A stretch of 36,941 nt of DNA from Octopus bimaculoides (GCF_001194135.2 NC_068993.1:14859438-14896378), one strand, 5' to 3'; positions 11,780 to 24,478 are shown, counted from the first letter of the stretch. Notes: generated from the letters alone by a model not told the origin. A program made the numbers and translations.

Positions 11780-12340
11780 AGAGGTGTGCGTTCCGCCATT
11801 AATAGCGCAACCAGACGCAGAGCCATACATCCGTACTTATTTATACATGCTCAATTATAGATATGTTATCTAGACAGATTTTTACATATGGAAAGGGTAG
11901 AAACTTTCGATCGATATTTCAGAAGCGATAAACTTGGACACGAAGAAATGATCAGAGATAAGATATTCTTCACTCTCATAACTTCCTCTGCTATATTCTA
12001 AAAAAAAAAAGAAAGAAAATGAAAAATATACGCTTATATCATTTTTTTTTTTTAATTCTAATTTCAGATGATTTAGTTTTCTCGTGCATCAATATTTCTT
12101 TCTGCTGAGTTATTATTGTTGCTGTTTCCGCTTTTTCTTCATTACTTATCCTAGACTTCTCACTCTATTTACGGACCCAGTCCTGCGATTTATCATAGTT
12201 TCATGCAATTATGTTATAATATTACGGTCGCGAACCGGATACCAAAACATCATTGACTACATGTATGGGTGTACCTATATTGTTATGTATGCGTGCATAT
12301 ATCGATAGATAGATAGATAGATGCGTATATATATATATAT

Positions 12341-12385
<45 letters not shown>

Positions 12386-12449
12386 TGTATGTATATATGT
12401 ATGTACACATACATGTATGTATGTATACGTGCATGTGTGTGTGTGTGAA

Positions 12450-12930
12450 CAGGGTGTCCCAAATTCAAGGCAACTAATTTTTTTTTAATATTGTTATATT
12501 TCGGGTCCGAGCATTGCTATGCAATTGTAAATGAGACAATTAAGACACTACTAAATTTATTAGATATGACCATGTCTGTTTCGAACCACAGTCTTAAGTC
12601 TAGGTGCGAATGCTTTACGCGAGGCATGCAGTTTTATTTTCAGAATGTTGACCGAAACATGAGGAGTACTTGAGACCCTCATTTCCCAAATAAACAAAAG
12701 CGAAAAATTCGAACTAGTTGAGATAGGGGCTTCTTCAGGGCCTATGAACGATGGAATGTTTTTTTCTGAATCAAGCGTTGTGTCTGTTTAAAGTTGTGGA
12801 ATGGTGCCGAATCCTGTTGGAGGATCCAAGGTGCGACTTAAAAGTGCTCGTTTGCGCATGGTAACAGTTCAGCTTCCAGAATGACGCTAAAGTATCGCAG
12901 GGTGTTAATTTTAACCCAGAGGGCACAATT
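12450..12930 (-). mobile_element. Tc1/mariner (maT/DD37D-like) transposase relic with one terminal inverted repeat
   Basis: Minus strand reads VKINTLRYFSVILEAELLPCANEHF*VAPWILQQDSAPFH..FIGPEE..PHVSVNILKIKL..AFAPRLKTVVRNRHGHI* (stop 12560-12562). TIR-like end CAGGGTGTCCCAAA at 12450. Confidence 0.85.
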
Positions 12931-13617
12931 ACGATTTATCTGATCCTGTACTAGCCTCTTTTGTGTATTCCCTCTTCTGGTATCTATATCATCTAAGTCT
13001 TTACGCACTTGCTGCTTAAAAATAGAAAAAAATATTGCCTACAGCGCCAAATCGGTACCACTTTAAACATCGGATTTGTATGAAATATATTCGAAGTTAA
13101 ACTTGTACGGCTTACACAAACAATTATTGTTGTTATTATTATCTTAATAGTTACTAAATGCTATCAGTTCAAATGTGAGCGTCGCCATATAAAATATATA
13201 ATTTATTAACTAAATATGCTTGGGTTGCAATGAAGAAATAGTTAAATTGGCATTCTAATAGGTCAGGCGATTATCGTAGCGCCTCATCGTTCGCCCCACT
13301 ATCGACTTTAAATGTTCAAATACGAAATTATGAATCACTTGCAGAGTAATGACTTCCAACGAAATTATATATGCGTTCAAAGTGTTCAAGAAAAATTCCA
13401 AATTTGTTTTGCGTATGCGGCTAAAATTACTAAAAGAAACACTTAGAAATGGAGAAAAAACGGCAGTGAAGAATTCATGGGCGTCTCGCTCATTAGCGTG
13501 TCATGTATAAAATTACTGCTTTAATGGAATCTTAACGTTTCTAGTTTTACTGATTTTAAACATAAAATAACAATAATATTTGATTCATAATATGTCCTTT
13601 CGTTGTCCTTTTATCAG

Positions 13618-13717
13618 TTGTGAATATTTTGTGTCAGCTGATTTTTACTTCAAATATCTTGAATCATTTCAGAAATGAAAATAAACATGTGACTGGCATG
13701 TTGGTACCTTCTGAAAG
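13618..13717 (+). CDS. candidate internal exon (phase 1 to phase 2) VNILCQLIFTSNILNHFRNENKHVTGMLVPSE
   Basis: Strong acceptor TCCTTTCGTTGTCCTTTTATCAG, open frame, weak donor AG|GTTTGT. Same phases as, and loose similarity to, the exons at 23186 and 24479. Confidence 0.3.
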
Positions 13718-14107
13718 GTTTGTAATAGGACACGTAATCAAATGGCATCTGTGTGTCTACATTACGTACAAACACACGCACACACACACACACGCAAAGA
13801 CATCACACACATACGCACATTTCGACACTCATACTCACACGTGCGCATACACGCACTTATATATAGTACGATAAATAGATAGACAGATGTACGTATGTAT
13901 GTGTATATGCATACTTCTATATAGTTGAATGTTACATACGCCATAATATATAGCTAGATAAATATGTATATGTAAGTATACGTGTGCGCATGTTGGTAAG
14001 CATGCAAATATATATATACTTATATATATGGGGAGGAGAGGGGGCTATGTATACATCTATGCATGTAAGCATATAAATGTATTCATATATATTTCATATA
14101 TAGATAA

Positions 14108-14177
<70 letters not shown>

Positions 14178-15989
14178 TTTCACCCAGACATATAATTAGG
14201 TGGAACATGTGAACCTATCCCAAGTCTATATTTTCATGACCTACTTCATTTTTAGAATGAATTCCAATTATAAATCGACTTTTATCAAATCGGATATTTT
14301 CGTTTTCCACGTATTGAAAATGCACTAATATAACAGAAATTATAACCCAGATTAAAATAATCAGTTTCTTATTAATTTACCTTATTTTGATAACAGCAAT
14401 TTTCGAGATACCGACTGTATTTATGGTAGAAAGATAATTATTCCTACAGGTCTCTGACTATTAATAGATTTAAATATTCATAACAGATTTAAGCAGGAAT
14501 CAAATTACAAGTCATATAGTCTGACCATTATATGGAGATGCATCGTATACATACTTATTGCAGTGTTTAAGTTTAAATAATTGCGAAATATGTCGATTAG
14601 TGGAAACGTATTTATATATGTTTTTGGAGATGTACATACGTTTTCTGGCTAAAAGGATACGAGATATTCAACTATCCATAAATCATATTTAACTTAGAGA
14701 TATGAATCAAAAGTAATTAAGTATATTTTATGAATTCAAAATTCCCAATAAGTAAATGAATCTGTGTGACTACTACAGTGATATATTTAGGATATGCTTC
14801 TTCAATTGACTTCTTGTACCTTTCGGGTACAGATGAAATACAAATTATGAGGTGATGTGAGTGACATTTGAAGTTTGGGATTTAATGAAGACTCTAAATA
14901 TATATAGTATGGCTATCTGTGTTGCAGTACGCCACAAGTAACAAGAATGCAGTAAAAATATTGATAAATAAAGGTGAATTATATTTTAATAAAGTGTGTG
15001 ATGGTAGCAATAATATAACATAGCGTTACACATGCTAATCATTGAAGCGTTAGAGAAATGGTGAAAATAATTGTAACAGCTTCCAATGATGCGAAAGTAA
15101 ACACCCCTTCACTGGAGACTAAATTATTATTTCGACTATCTCGTGTGACCTTCACTGCTGCGAGATCCTTTAATATTCTTTCATGCAGGAGGCCCGTATT
15201 GTTAATAAAACCCTATGACCTTTGTGGACTTTCATTCACAATATAGCAATAATTCAAAAATGGTTGAGAGAACCTAGGAAAATAATTAAAGAAAGAAAAT
15301 CGCAAGCGTGAAACAATATTTTAGGAGAGCTTTTAAAATTGAGTTGTCTTGAATCCAGTAATGTTTCATAAAGATTTGTTCATATATTTCAAATTAAATA
15401 TAGCCCAAACCAGACGGTAACCAATTCATTACTTGTAACCAGAAAATCTATAATGTAATAGTTAATACATCCTTGGCTCTGAACTGAGGCGGAGGACCTA
15501 TTTATTGATAAGCGCCAAGGGTAATAAGACATCTTAGATGTCAGTATTTGTTGTTCCACAATATTAACAATAAGACTATTATAAGATAATATACGTTTCT
15601 TGACATCTTTACTTGGAAACTTCAGTGTGTGTTCTTTGATGAACGAATAATTTATTTGCTAAAAATAAAACTGAGGGTTTAAATTTCATTAAAGGTAATA
15701 TCTAAATCCCAGAAAGAAATATCATTGATGAATAAATATTAATAAGACCATGTGCGTACAAGAGAGAATTCCATATAAATCACATTAACAATTCTACATT
15801 ATACGAATATAAAAGATAAAGGGAAAGGCAAACAAGGTATTCTATGTATCATAAATGAAGTCAAAATTTAAAGAGGTTAAAATTGATGGAGAAATCACTT
15901 CGTTTCAGTAATGCTCTGCTAGAAGAACATTATTTTGTAACTAGCGAATTATAATTTGAAAATGGTTTGCAGACAAGGCAATCTCAGCT

Positions 15990-16690
15990 GAAAAGTTATA
16001 TACCATATGGACTCGTTCTTACCCTCAGATCTGTGAATAATCACCTGCCTTCAAATGCAAACCTGCTGAAATGGGGGAAATTAGATAGACCTGCATATCC
16101 ACTCTGCCTAGGCAAACAAAATGTGGAATATGTGATGAGCAGAGGCAAAGTAGCACGGATTGAAGGGAGTTATGTATGACAGCACAAATGCTTAAGGAGA
16201 TGTTATATGTGATTTCTGGTGGCGAGTGGAACGAAGGCGCCACCAGAAAATATACGAATGTTCTACAAGACAGAGAGCAAAAGATTGTAGTTTGAAACAG
16301 CCATGCCAATTGATTCATGAAACCAGTGTCTACTTGCTACATTGGAACGTCACATGTACACTCCCAGAAATTACGAAAATGAGTGGTATGAGACCGAATA
16401 TTCTACTACACTCATTTTCATGAAAGAAATAATTCTGATTAAATTAACTGTGTGACACAAAAGCAGATTAGAAGAGTAAAACATATGGCAGTTTAACCAT
16501 CAAATTGGTTATTTGAGGACTCTAAATAGAGTCCTCGCTATTTAAATGGATATGAGGGAGTATGTTGCCAAATGTGCCCACGAATATGTGAAAACGCTCT
16601 TTGTTGTCTAGGATAAACAGGATCAGAGTGCTTAAAGTAATGAAAGAACCAACTGATACGACTCCCAATTGGATCTGGTCAGACAGTAAC
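15990..16690 (+). mobile_element. decayed R2-superfamily LINE (HERO/NeSL-like) 3' region with CCHC knuckle and restriction-like endonuclease
   Basis: LRSVNNHLPSNANLLKWGKLDRPAYPLCLGKQNVEYVMSRGKVARIEGSYV*QH, then LPEITKMSGMRPNILLHS, then KEIILIKLTV*HKSRLEE. These match the HERO-type motifs LPSPANL.LWG..CPLC..H..C..GRYTWRH and RPDIVLWS..ILIELTVPWE.R.EE. Confidence 0.75.
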
Positions 16691-17427
16691 TAGCAGATGA
16701 TATAATTTACCATACATTAAATAGTGTTTCAGAATTACCTGGTTAAATCGTCCAAAGTACTTTGGCTCTGCAATATCTTAATAACCCAGGTTGCAATGAA
16801 GATAGAAACACGCGACTCAGCTCCCAGTGACTCTAAGGATTTATGTGCCGAATCTGTTATATGAGGGCGTTTCTTCTCTGAAAACCTGCTGTTCAGCTTT
16901 CCCTTCTGAATCTCACTACTTAGAGAATGTCTTAGCGTACATCATATACTCAAAAGATAGAAGATTTCTTGCCATCGCGAGAGATATATGATGCGGTATA
17001 GAACCCAAATATTGGTGAAACAACATACTCGATAGAAAAGTGAAAAACAAATAACAGTGAAACTGATTTCGGACATTAAGGCAAGATTCTAAAGTACGTT
17101 ACATAGACGACTTGTAAATGTGTACTGAGTCAGTAACATTGCCTAATGCGGCATTAAGTAAAAAGAAATGTATGATTGATCGACACAGCCCACAACGGAA
17201 TCAACACACACACACACAAACATTCTTACAAACACAGACACACACACACACACACACAGAACACACAAACGCTGCACACTTAGCACTTTTTAAAAAGCTC
17301 CAGACACATATTGGCACACACACGTACACACACACACACATATGTGTGTGTGTGTGTGTGGTGTATCATATTATATTGTATTATATATGTTATATTATAT
17401 ACGTATGATGTATATAACTATTCTGTG

Positions 17428-17458
<31 letters not shown>

Positions 17459-17932
17459 NNNNNNNNNNNNNNNNNNNNNNNNNNNNNNNNNNNNNNNNNN
17501 NNNNNNNNNNNNNNNNNNNNNNNNNNNNNNNNNNNNNNNNNNNNNNNNNNNNNNNNNNNNNNNNNNNNNNNNNNNNNNNNNNNNNNNNNNNNNNNNNNNN
17601 NNNNNNNNNNNNNNNNNNNNNNNNNNNNNNNNNNNNNNNNNNNNNNNNNNNNNNNNNNNNNNNNNNNNNNNNNNNNNNNNNNNNNNNNNNNNNNNNNNNN
17701 NNNNNNNNNNNNNNNNNNNNNNNNNNNNNNNNNNNNNNNNNNNNNNNNNNNNNNNNNNNNNNNNNNNNNNNNNNNNNNNNNNNNNNNNNNNNGAACGAAT
17801 TTATATAAAATCGTCGTAATATATTCAACATAACGAACGTGTCGTTCATATACTGAAATAATATAAATTATGTTTCACATTATACAGATTTGCAAGATAG
17901 CAAGACTTTTTGTTTCATTATTTTTTCTTTTA

Positions 17933-18030
17933 ACATTATTTGACTGATAACTATTGTTAGTGTTTCATTTGTTTATGCGCTTGGCAAACTGGAAATATTT
18001 ATTGTCGAATCATTGACTAAACAAATAAAA
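17933..18030 (+). pseudogene. decayed paralog of the 23186/24479 exon: II*LITIVSVSFVYALGKLEIFIVESLTKQIK
   Basis: AAACTGGAAATATTTATTGTCGAATCATTGA aligns with AAACTACACCAATTTATTTTCGATAATTTGA at about 24544. In-frame TGA at 17941; the acceptor AG and donor GT are absent. Confidence 0.5.
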
Positions 18031-18879
18031 CAAATGTTTCTCGTCAATCTTTGCACGTTAATATCTATAGACTGTTTGTGCACATGTCTACTTGGTCTGA
18101 ATGTTACAAATCCCATACCATACTAGACGGCTCCATTGGAAAGTTCGTGTGTATGTAAAACTCGCTAATATAAGCAACCTGATATTTTTACGATTTTCCC
18201 TAACGTTCATATAACTTCGATATGAAATATTCAACTATCCTTAGTTTTGACATCTAACATTATCAGATTACGATTTTCGTGAATTTCTACGATTTCTAGA
18301 CGTCAGTGTGTTGTTGATGCATCATGCATGATAATGTTTTAATATAGTAACAATGAAAGGAAAAAATATATATATATATATAATAGTTTGACTTTCAAAA
18401 GTGAACGTGTAATTTGTTATAAACTAAAATGTGTTGAATATTTTATGTCCCCCAATAGTAGGTGTTTTCTTATTTGAAATATTATCAAGGAGGGGATAAT
18501 AAATACTTCACTGTTCAATATTAGCATTTAATGACTTGTCATCAAAGTTTTTGTGTTGATAAGTTTAGTTTGCTGCAGAATAACATCATCCGTCATACTA
18601 TTTGACGTTGTAGTGGTTACTGTTATTATTATTTTTATGCTGTTGCAGTTGCTACTATTGATGTTGTTTAACTCTGATACAATAGAGCAGTGATCGAAAG
18701 TACTCCAGTCGTTTCAATCATATTTTGTCTCATTCAGTGGACTATACCTTTAATATAATATATTTCCTTGTTTAAGAAAATAATGTTCAATGACGAATGT
18801 AATTCCTTCCTACTTCTACCGAGCCTAGCGAATTCGTACACGGACCTTCCTTGGTTAGAGTACTATGGAGTAGAAAATA

Positions 18880-19112
18880 ACGGAGATCTGGCAGAAACGT
18901 TAGCACGCCGGGCGAAATGCTTAGCGGTATTTGCCTGCCGTTACGTTCTGAGTTCAAATTCCGTCGGGGTCGACTTTGCATTTCATCTTTTCAGGATCGA
19001 TTAAATAAGTACCAGTTACGCACTGGGATCGATGTAATCGACTTAATCCCTTTGTCTGTCCTTGTTCGTCCCCTCTATGTTTAGCCCCTTGCGAGCAATA
19101 AAGAAATAAGAA
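18880..19112 (+). mobile_element. full-length tRNA-derived SINE, family I
   Basis: TGGCAGAAACGTTAGCACGCCGGGCG A-box head, GAGTTCAAATTCC B-box (18951-18963), AAAGAAATAAGAA tail. Confidence 0.92.
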
Positions 19113-19444
19113 AATAACGGTTTGTATCAGTAATAATCGTATATTTTAATGAAATATATCAGAATTACTAACCAACAAACCTTTGCAGTCCATTGAAAGA
19201 GAGTACTGACGAATGAATTCACTCTATGACGTTTCAGTATATGAATAAAAGACTCCTAGATATACACGATACAACCAAATCTGCGTCACTGCATTTTTAC
19301 ACCTTGTCAGGTCAGCCGGTTGTAGTCGAGGCTTTCAAATGTCCTCCATTTATATCGACTTGGTTTGTGTTGAAAAATTTACACGTCAACGACAGCAACG
19401 AGGAGATTCTGCAGTGCAAACGTTAATTGTTAGGCATGGTTGTT

Positions 19445-20070
19445 AATATGGTTAGAATGCAATTAGAGTTTGGGGGCAACAAGCGTGATTAGAAAAGTGA
19501 CGTATGATTGTGACCGACGTGAGACCAGCCAAGATAAGAGTAAAGAGTGGCTTTGTAGTTGAGAAAGAGATCAAAGTTGTTTCCTCGTGACTAAGAAGAT
19601 GTCGGTTCAAGATATATAAAGTGGACGAAACTAGTAAAGCGTACAGATTTGTAGGTTGTGAAAGATTCCAATTTGGCAGCAAAAATATTAATATCGAATG
19701 AATCTAAGAGTCACAATATGTTATAAGCATTGACGTCGTCAAGGAGAATGAACCTGAAGATCGGGAAATTCATAGAAATATCCACGATCAAGAAAGAGAT
19801 ATGGCCGAAAGAAAGTTAGAAAATGGAAAAATATGAAGATTGTGGAGGAAGCCGAGTTATTAAAAAAGATTAATAGGAAAACATGAGGCCAGACTTACTG
19901 GGATGCTGCGTCTATAATAACAAAAGAAGTGAGTACTGGAAAGAATAGAAACTCGAGACCTTAAACACTATCAGGGTTTAGGTTTGGATAGATTTTAAAG
20001 CCGTGAAAGGTAGGATGAAACTTTTTTATTTCGAAAGGTGAGAGGGTGTGCTTTTGCATGTGAGGAAAAT
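19445..20070 (+). mobile_element. decayed R4/Dong-like LINE reverse transcriptase C-terminal region
   Basis: Across frameshifts: MQLEFG..FVVEKEIKVV..VDETSKAYRFVG..WRK..ELLKKINRKT..FLFRKVRG. These follow the order of MEFGLDKC..VMKRGKVV..YKYLG..WTK.EL..LDRKTRK..RLY..R.EGGRG. Confidence 0.5.
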
Positions 20071-20849
20071 CTGCAGGTCAAGTTTTAGCAATAATCATAC
20101 CTCACTCATATGACAGAATTCGTGTATGCATGTGTGTCTGAGTGTGTCTATGTATCCTTGTTTCTGTGTTTCACCACCTACTGTTTGGCGACTGGTGCTG
20201 GTTTGTTTCTGTCTGCATAACAATAGTAGATACGTCGATACTACTGACAGAAGAAGTGCATGATTTAAAAGGACATAAGTATTGGGGATGATTCGTACGA
20301 GTAAACATTTCAAAGGGGTGTCACAAAATAGGGGCAGTCCAAGGACTAACACAAGTTAACTATATCAGATATACTATCGAACTATCTCTAAATCTTTGAT
20401 TATACTAACTTCGATCTTCAACATTCATTTGTGGCGTGCAATGCAACAGCTATTTTGGTGAAGAGTAGGCGATTTTTCCAACGTTAAAATTTTGTCCCTA
20501 AAAAGTGCAAAAATAAGAAAAATATTCGGAAAAATAGAATAAATCTGAAATTCTGACTTCGTTTTCAAGCTGCCTGAGAAAGATATTAAGGGAAGCATGA
20601 AGGTTATCATTACTTAAATTTAGTTTTCCTTATATAGGTAATGTGCTGTGTAAAATTTAGAAGAGATTATTTGATGCATAAATATAATAAGCGAAAGCAG
20701 CAATGCGATACAGTTAATGCGTTATATATCTTCTCTAATAGGACTTACATTTATTTTATTTTTTGCAAAGGTTCTAACTCATTAGTGGTTCAAATAAGAT
20801 TACATTTCTTCGGCAATATGCTGAAAGATTACGACTGTCATTTCATATA

Positions 20850-20881
<32 letters not shown>

Positions 20882-22337
20882 NNNNNNNNNNNNNNNNNNN
20901 NNNNNNNNNNNNNNNNNNNNNNNNNNNNNNNNNNNNNNNNNNNNNNNNNNNNNNNNNNNNNNNNNNNNNNNNNNNNNNNNNNNNNNNNNNNNNNNNNNNN
21001 NNNNNNNNNNNNNNNNNNNNNNNNNNNNNNNNNNNNNNNNNNNNNNNNNNNNNNNNNNNNNNNNNNNNNNNNNNNNNNNNNNNNNNNNNNNNNNNNNNNN
21101 NNNNNNNNNNNNNNNNNNNNNNNNNNNNNNNNNNNNNNNNNNNNNNNNNNNNNNNNNNNNNNNNNNNNNNNNNNNNNNNNNNNNNNNNNNNNNNNNNNNN
21201 NNNNNNNNNNNNNNNNNNNNNNNNNNNNNNNNNNNNNNNNNNNNNNNNNNNNNNNNNNNNNNNNNNNNNNNNNNNNNNNNNNNNNNNNNNNNNNNNNNNN
21301 NNNNNNNNNNNNNNNNNNNNNNNNNNNNNNNNNNNNNNNNNNNNNNNNNNNNNNNNNNNNNNNNNNNNNNTATATATATATATATATATATCCATATATA
21401 TATATATATGTGTGTGTGTATGTCTGTGTGTCTGTCTATGTGTGTGTGTGTGTGTATTTTATTATTCAATTTTATCTCAATATTTCTTGCCAATAGAGTA
21501 AGAGCCTGTCTCTGAGCTGAATCCAAGATTCCTATATTCGAATATCACCAACGTCAACAAGATGTTCTTTTTTCATTTATGTGTGTATGTATGCAATATT
21601 TGGTGTTAATGTATGTGTAGATTTGTATGTATGTATATATAGATATATGCATGTATGTATGTATGTATGTGTTTGTGTTTTTATGTGTGTGTGTGTTTGT
21701 ATGTGTGTGTGTTTGTATGTATGTATGTATGTATATGATACTCGCGACAAATAGCTGCACAGCTATATTATGCCATTGTTGCATGTTTAAATCCAATTTA
21801 AGATGCTATATTATTCGTTTATCTTAGATTCAATGTTGTAGCAAATGTGTATTTGTATAACACTGCCAAAATGAAATACACAGATTAAAGCGAAGAATTG
21901 TGCGGTACATGAATAGAATTAAAAAGATAAATTCAATTATTTCAAATTATATTTAATTCGAAATACTTGCTTATTTAATTATATGATACAATAATTAGTC
22001 ATCTACATTTACTTTCGTGCTATGTATGCATAGTGATGTAATCTCTGTTCTTCATTGTGCTGTGTACTAATTTTCAAGATTTTGAAAACAAAGCAATATA
22101 AAATACGTTACATAAATACATAATATATATTACATAGCTAGAATACTTGAATGCTATAATTTCTTAAATTCAGTTATTCTCAAACATAAAACTTACAGCG
22201 TAAGAATTTAAAATGCATATTACTATTATTATGCAGTCAACTAATTTGACAAAACTCTATATCTAATATTCTTTTAGCTTTCCTTATTTGTTATGGGTCC
22301 TTACTCATATTTCTATTACACCACCAATATGTTCAAA

Positions 22338-22630
22338 GGCGGTGAGCTGACAGATTCGTTAACACGCCGGGCGAAGTGCTTAGCGGTATTTCGTCTGCCG
22401 TTACGTTCTGAGTTCAAATTCCGCAGAGGTCGACTTTGCTTTTCATCCTTTCGGGGTCGATAAATTTAGTACCAGTTACGCACTGGGGTCGATGTAATCG
22501 ACTTAATCCGTTCGTCTGTTCTTGTTTGTTCCCTCTATGTTTAGCCCCTTGCGGGCAATAACGAAATAGGTATTTCGTCTGTCGTTACGTTCTGAGGTTC
22601 AAATTTCACCGAGATCGACTTTGCCTTTAA
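22338..22630 (+). mobile_element. full-length family I SINE plus a partial second head (dimer-like)
   Basis: GGCGGTGAGCTGACAGATTCGTTAACACGCCGGGCG..GAGTTCAAATTCCGC..GAAATAGG, followed by a repeat of GGTATTTCGTCTGTCGTTACGTTCTGAGGTTCAAA..TTTGCCTTT (22570-22630). Confidence 0.9.
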
Positions 22631-22688
22631 TCCTTTCTGTCTGTCTATATATCTATCTATCTATCTATATATCTATCTATCTATCTAC

Positions 22689-22726
<38 letters not shown>

Positions 22727-23185
22727 GTCTGCCTGTGTGTCTGTTCCTCTGTCTGTCTCTCTATCTGTATGTCTGTACTAACCATGTGATCAGTCGAAAT
22801 GTTACTCTCTTCTCATACATAACTTCTTACCTTCACTGGATATAAATATCCCTTAGACGGTTTTTATAACATCCAATTGAACTCACCGTCACACACACAC
22901 ACACACACACACATACACACACACACACACACACATATACATACACGCACACGTATGTATGTTTGTATGTGTTTTTATGTTTGTATGTGTGCATGTTTAT
23001 GCACGTATGTAATGGATGAGGACGTTTATACTTTAATACCGAATTATATCGAACAAGAACTATATATTTTTTGCAGTGATGACACTCAGTCTTAACTAAA
23101 TTTCGTAATTTCAAAGCATTTGTTAAATATTTTATATAGGAAAAAAAAGCCTATTGTTAGAGCTGATATATATTTTCGAATGTAG

Positions 23186-23300
23186 GAGCAAACCTTATCT
23201 CTCTGATGACAACTACTGTATTAACTCAATTGATGTATGGGGAATTAATCATTAATACTTTACACAAATTTATTTTCAATAATTTGAATCATAAGTTAAG
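23186..23300 (+). CDS. candidate exon A (phase 1 to phase 2): (G)ANLISLMTTTVLTQLMYGELIINTLHKFIFNNLNHKL(R)
   Basis: TTTTCGAATGTAG acceptor, AG|GTATAC donor, 115 nt open in AT-rich DNA. About 80% identical and ungapped over 104 nt to the 24479-24587 exon. Confidence 0.45.
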
Positions 23301-23442
23301 GTATACTGTTCCTGCATATCTAAACTTGCCGCAACTTAGTCCTTCTGTATGAATGTAAGAACGTATGTATGTGAAGAGAATAACAGTTCGATTGATTAAA
23401 TGCTATTATAAAGAGAAAGACAGACAAACTGACAAACTTCTA

Positions 23443-23990
23443 CATCCGAAATATTGCGAGCAGGGGAGCGAACCCCTATCATCTTCCTGCAACGGGACCA
23501 GCAGACCTGTCTGGTTTCATGCCATTTCTGCCTCTCTTCAGTACTGGACACCTCGCCTGCTAGCGATTGGAGTAGGTCGCCTCTACCTGCAATATATATA
23601 ATTTCAGGCGACATACAGTTACTGATTTTGCAACAAGTAAAGACGCTAGTTCTCAAATCTCTCCAAGAGATCGATACAGTACTTGTACTAACAAGTAAAG
23701 TTTTAACCATTTCAATGTGGCTGTCCGTCTGAACTGACTATACTCATTTTAACACCAAGAGGACATCTCTTCTAGCTGGTTAACGATGCACAGCCATATC
23801 TGAGATATTGCGAGCAGGAGAGTGAACCCCTACCGTCCTCTAGCGACGGGACCAGCAGACCACTCTGGTTTCGTGCTATTTCTGCCTCTTTTCAGTACTA
23901 GACACTTTCTTTGCTAGAAAAAGGTGGTACCTTGCCTCTGCTCACAATATGTATATAATTTCAGGCGCCACACAGTTGCTAATTTTGCAA
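23443..23990. repeat. local direct duplication of about 200 bp (23443-23640 vs 23796-23995)
   Basis: ..ATATTGCGAGCAGG..GAACCCCTA..ACGGGACCAGCAGACC..TCTGGTTTC..ATTTCTGCCTCT..TTCAGTACT.. and TATATAATTTCAGGCG occur in both copies. Confidence 0.95.
23608..23694 (+). CDS. candidate exon B (phase 2 start): RHTVTDFATSKDASSQISPRDRYSTCTN; alternative short form ends at 23636
   Basis: TATAATTTCAG acceptor, frame-compatible with exon A (AG|G = Arg). GTAAAG donors at 23637 and 23695. Confidence 0.35.
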
Positions 23991-24084
23991 CAGGCAAAAT
24001 GCACAGTTGGATCATGCAAGGAGAATATGTCGCAAAATCATCTAATTGTTCAAACCTTGCTTTTAATAAATTACAGAACCAAAA
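23965..24084 (+). CDS. candidate exon B' (phase 2 to phase 2): RHTVANFATGKMHSWIMQGEYVAKSSNCSNLAFNKLQNQ
   Basis: Same acceptor context as B. The first codons differ synonymously (CGA/CGC, CAT/CAC). 39 open codons, AA|GTGAGA donor. Confidence 0.35.
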
Positions 24085-24478
24085 GTGAGACACAAGGCAC
24101 AACATTTTACCGGGGATGTGCGTGCATTAGATCATTTCTACGCTCAGCTCGTATCTTGGACGTAAATAAATTATTCGTAAGTCTAGATAGGCTACAATGC
24201 GGTGTCTGCGCGTCGTACATAGAAAAGGAACAACAGAAATCATAGTCGCTATTTATGCTATATATAATATGTTCGCTTCCAATAAGATTTGCAGACATCA
24301 TTTACGTGAGAATAAAACCCTGTTACGTAAACAGGTATCGATGAATAGAGCCAGTGGCATTCGTTTACGTTACTGGGTTACGCGTTCACGAAATTCATGT
24401 CTGCCAACTTCATGAAACACGTGTACACGATATAACGTATAATAACTCGTTTTCTGTTTCTTTTCTGTATTCGTATAG

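Noticed and set aside
11251-11802. 183-aa + strand ORF, the longest without Ns
   Set aside because: It is the antisense of an RTE-like endonuclease relic plus an (AGT)n poly-Ser tract; no recognisable protein.
18880-19112. tRNA-like A and B boxes that might be called tRNA genes
   Set aside because: No cloverleaf or proper 3' end; they continue into the shared SINE body found many times in the window.
23396-23732. Overlapping 78-104-aa ORFs on both strands over the GC-rich duplication
   Set aside because: The second copy has stops in the equivalent frames and substitutions show no codon bias.
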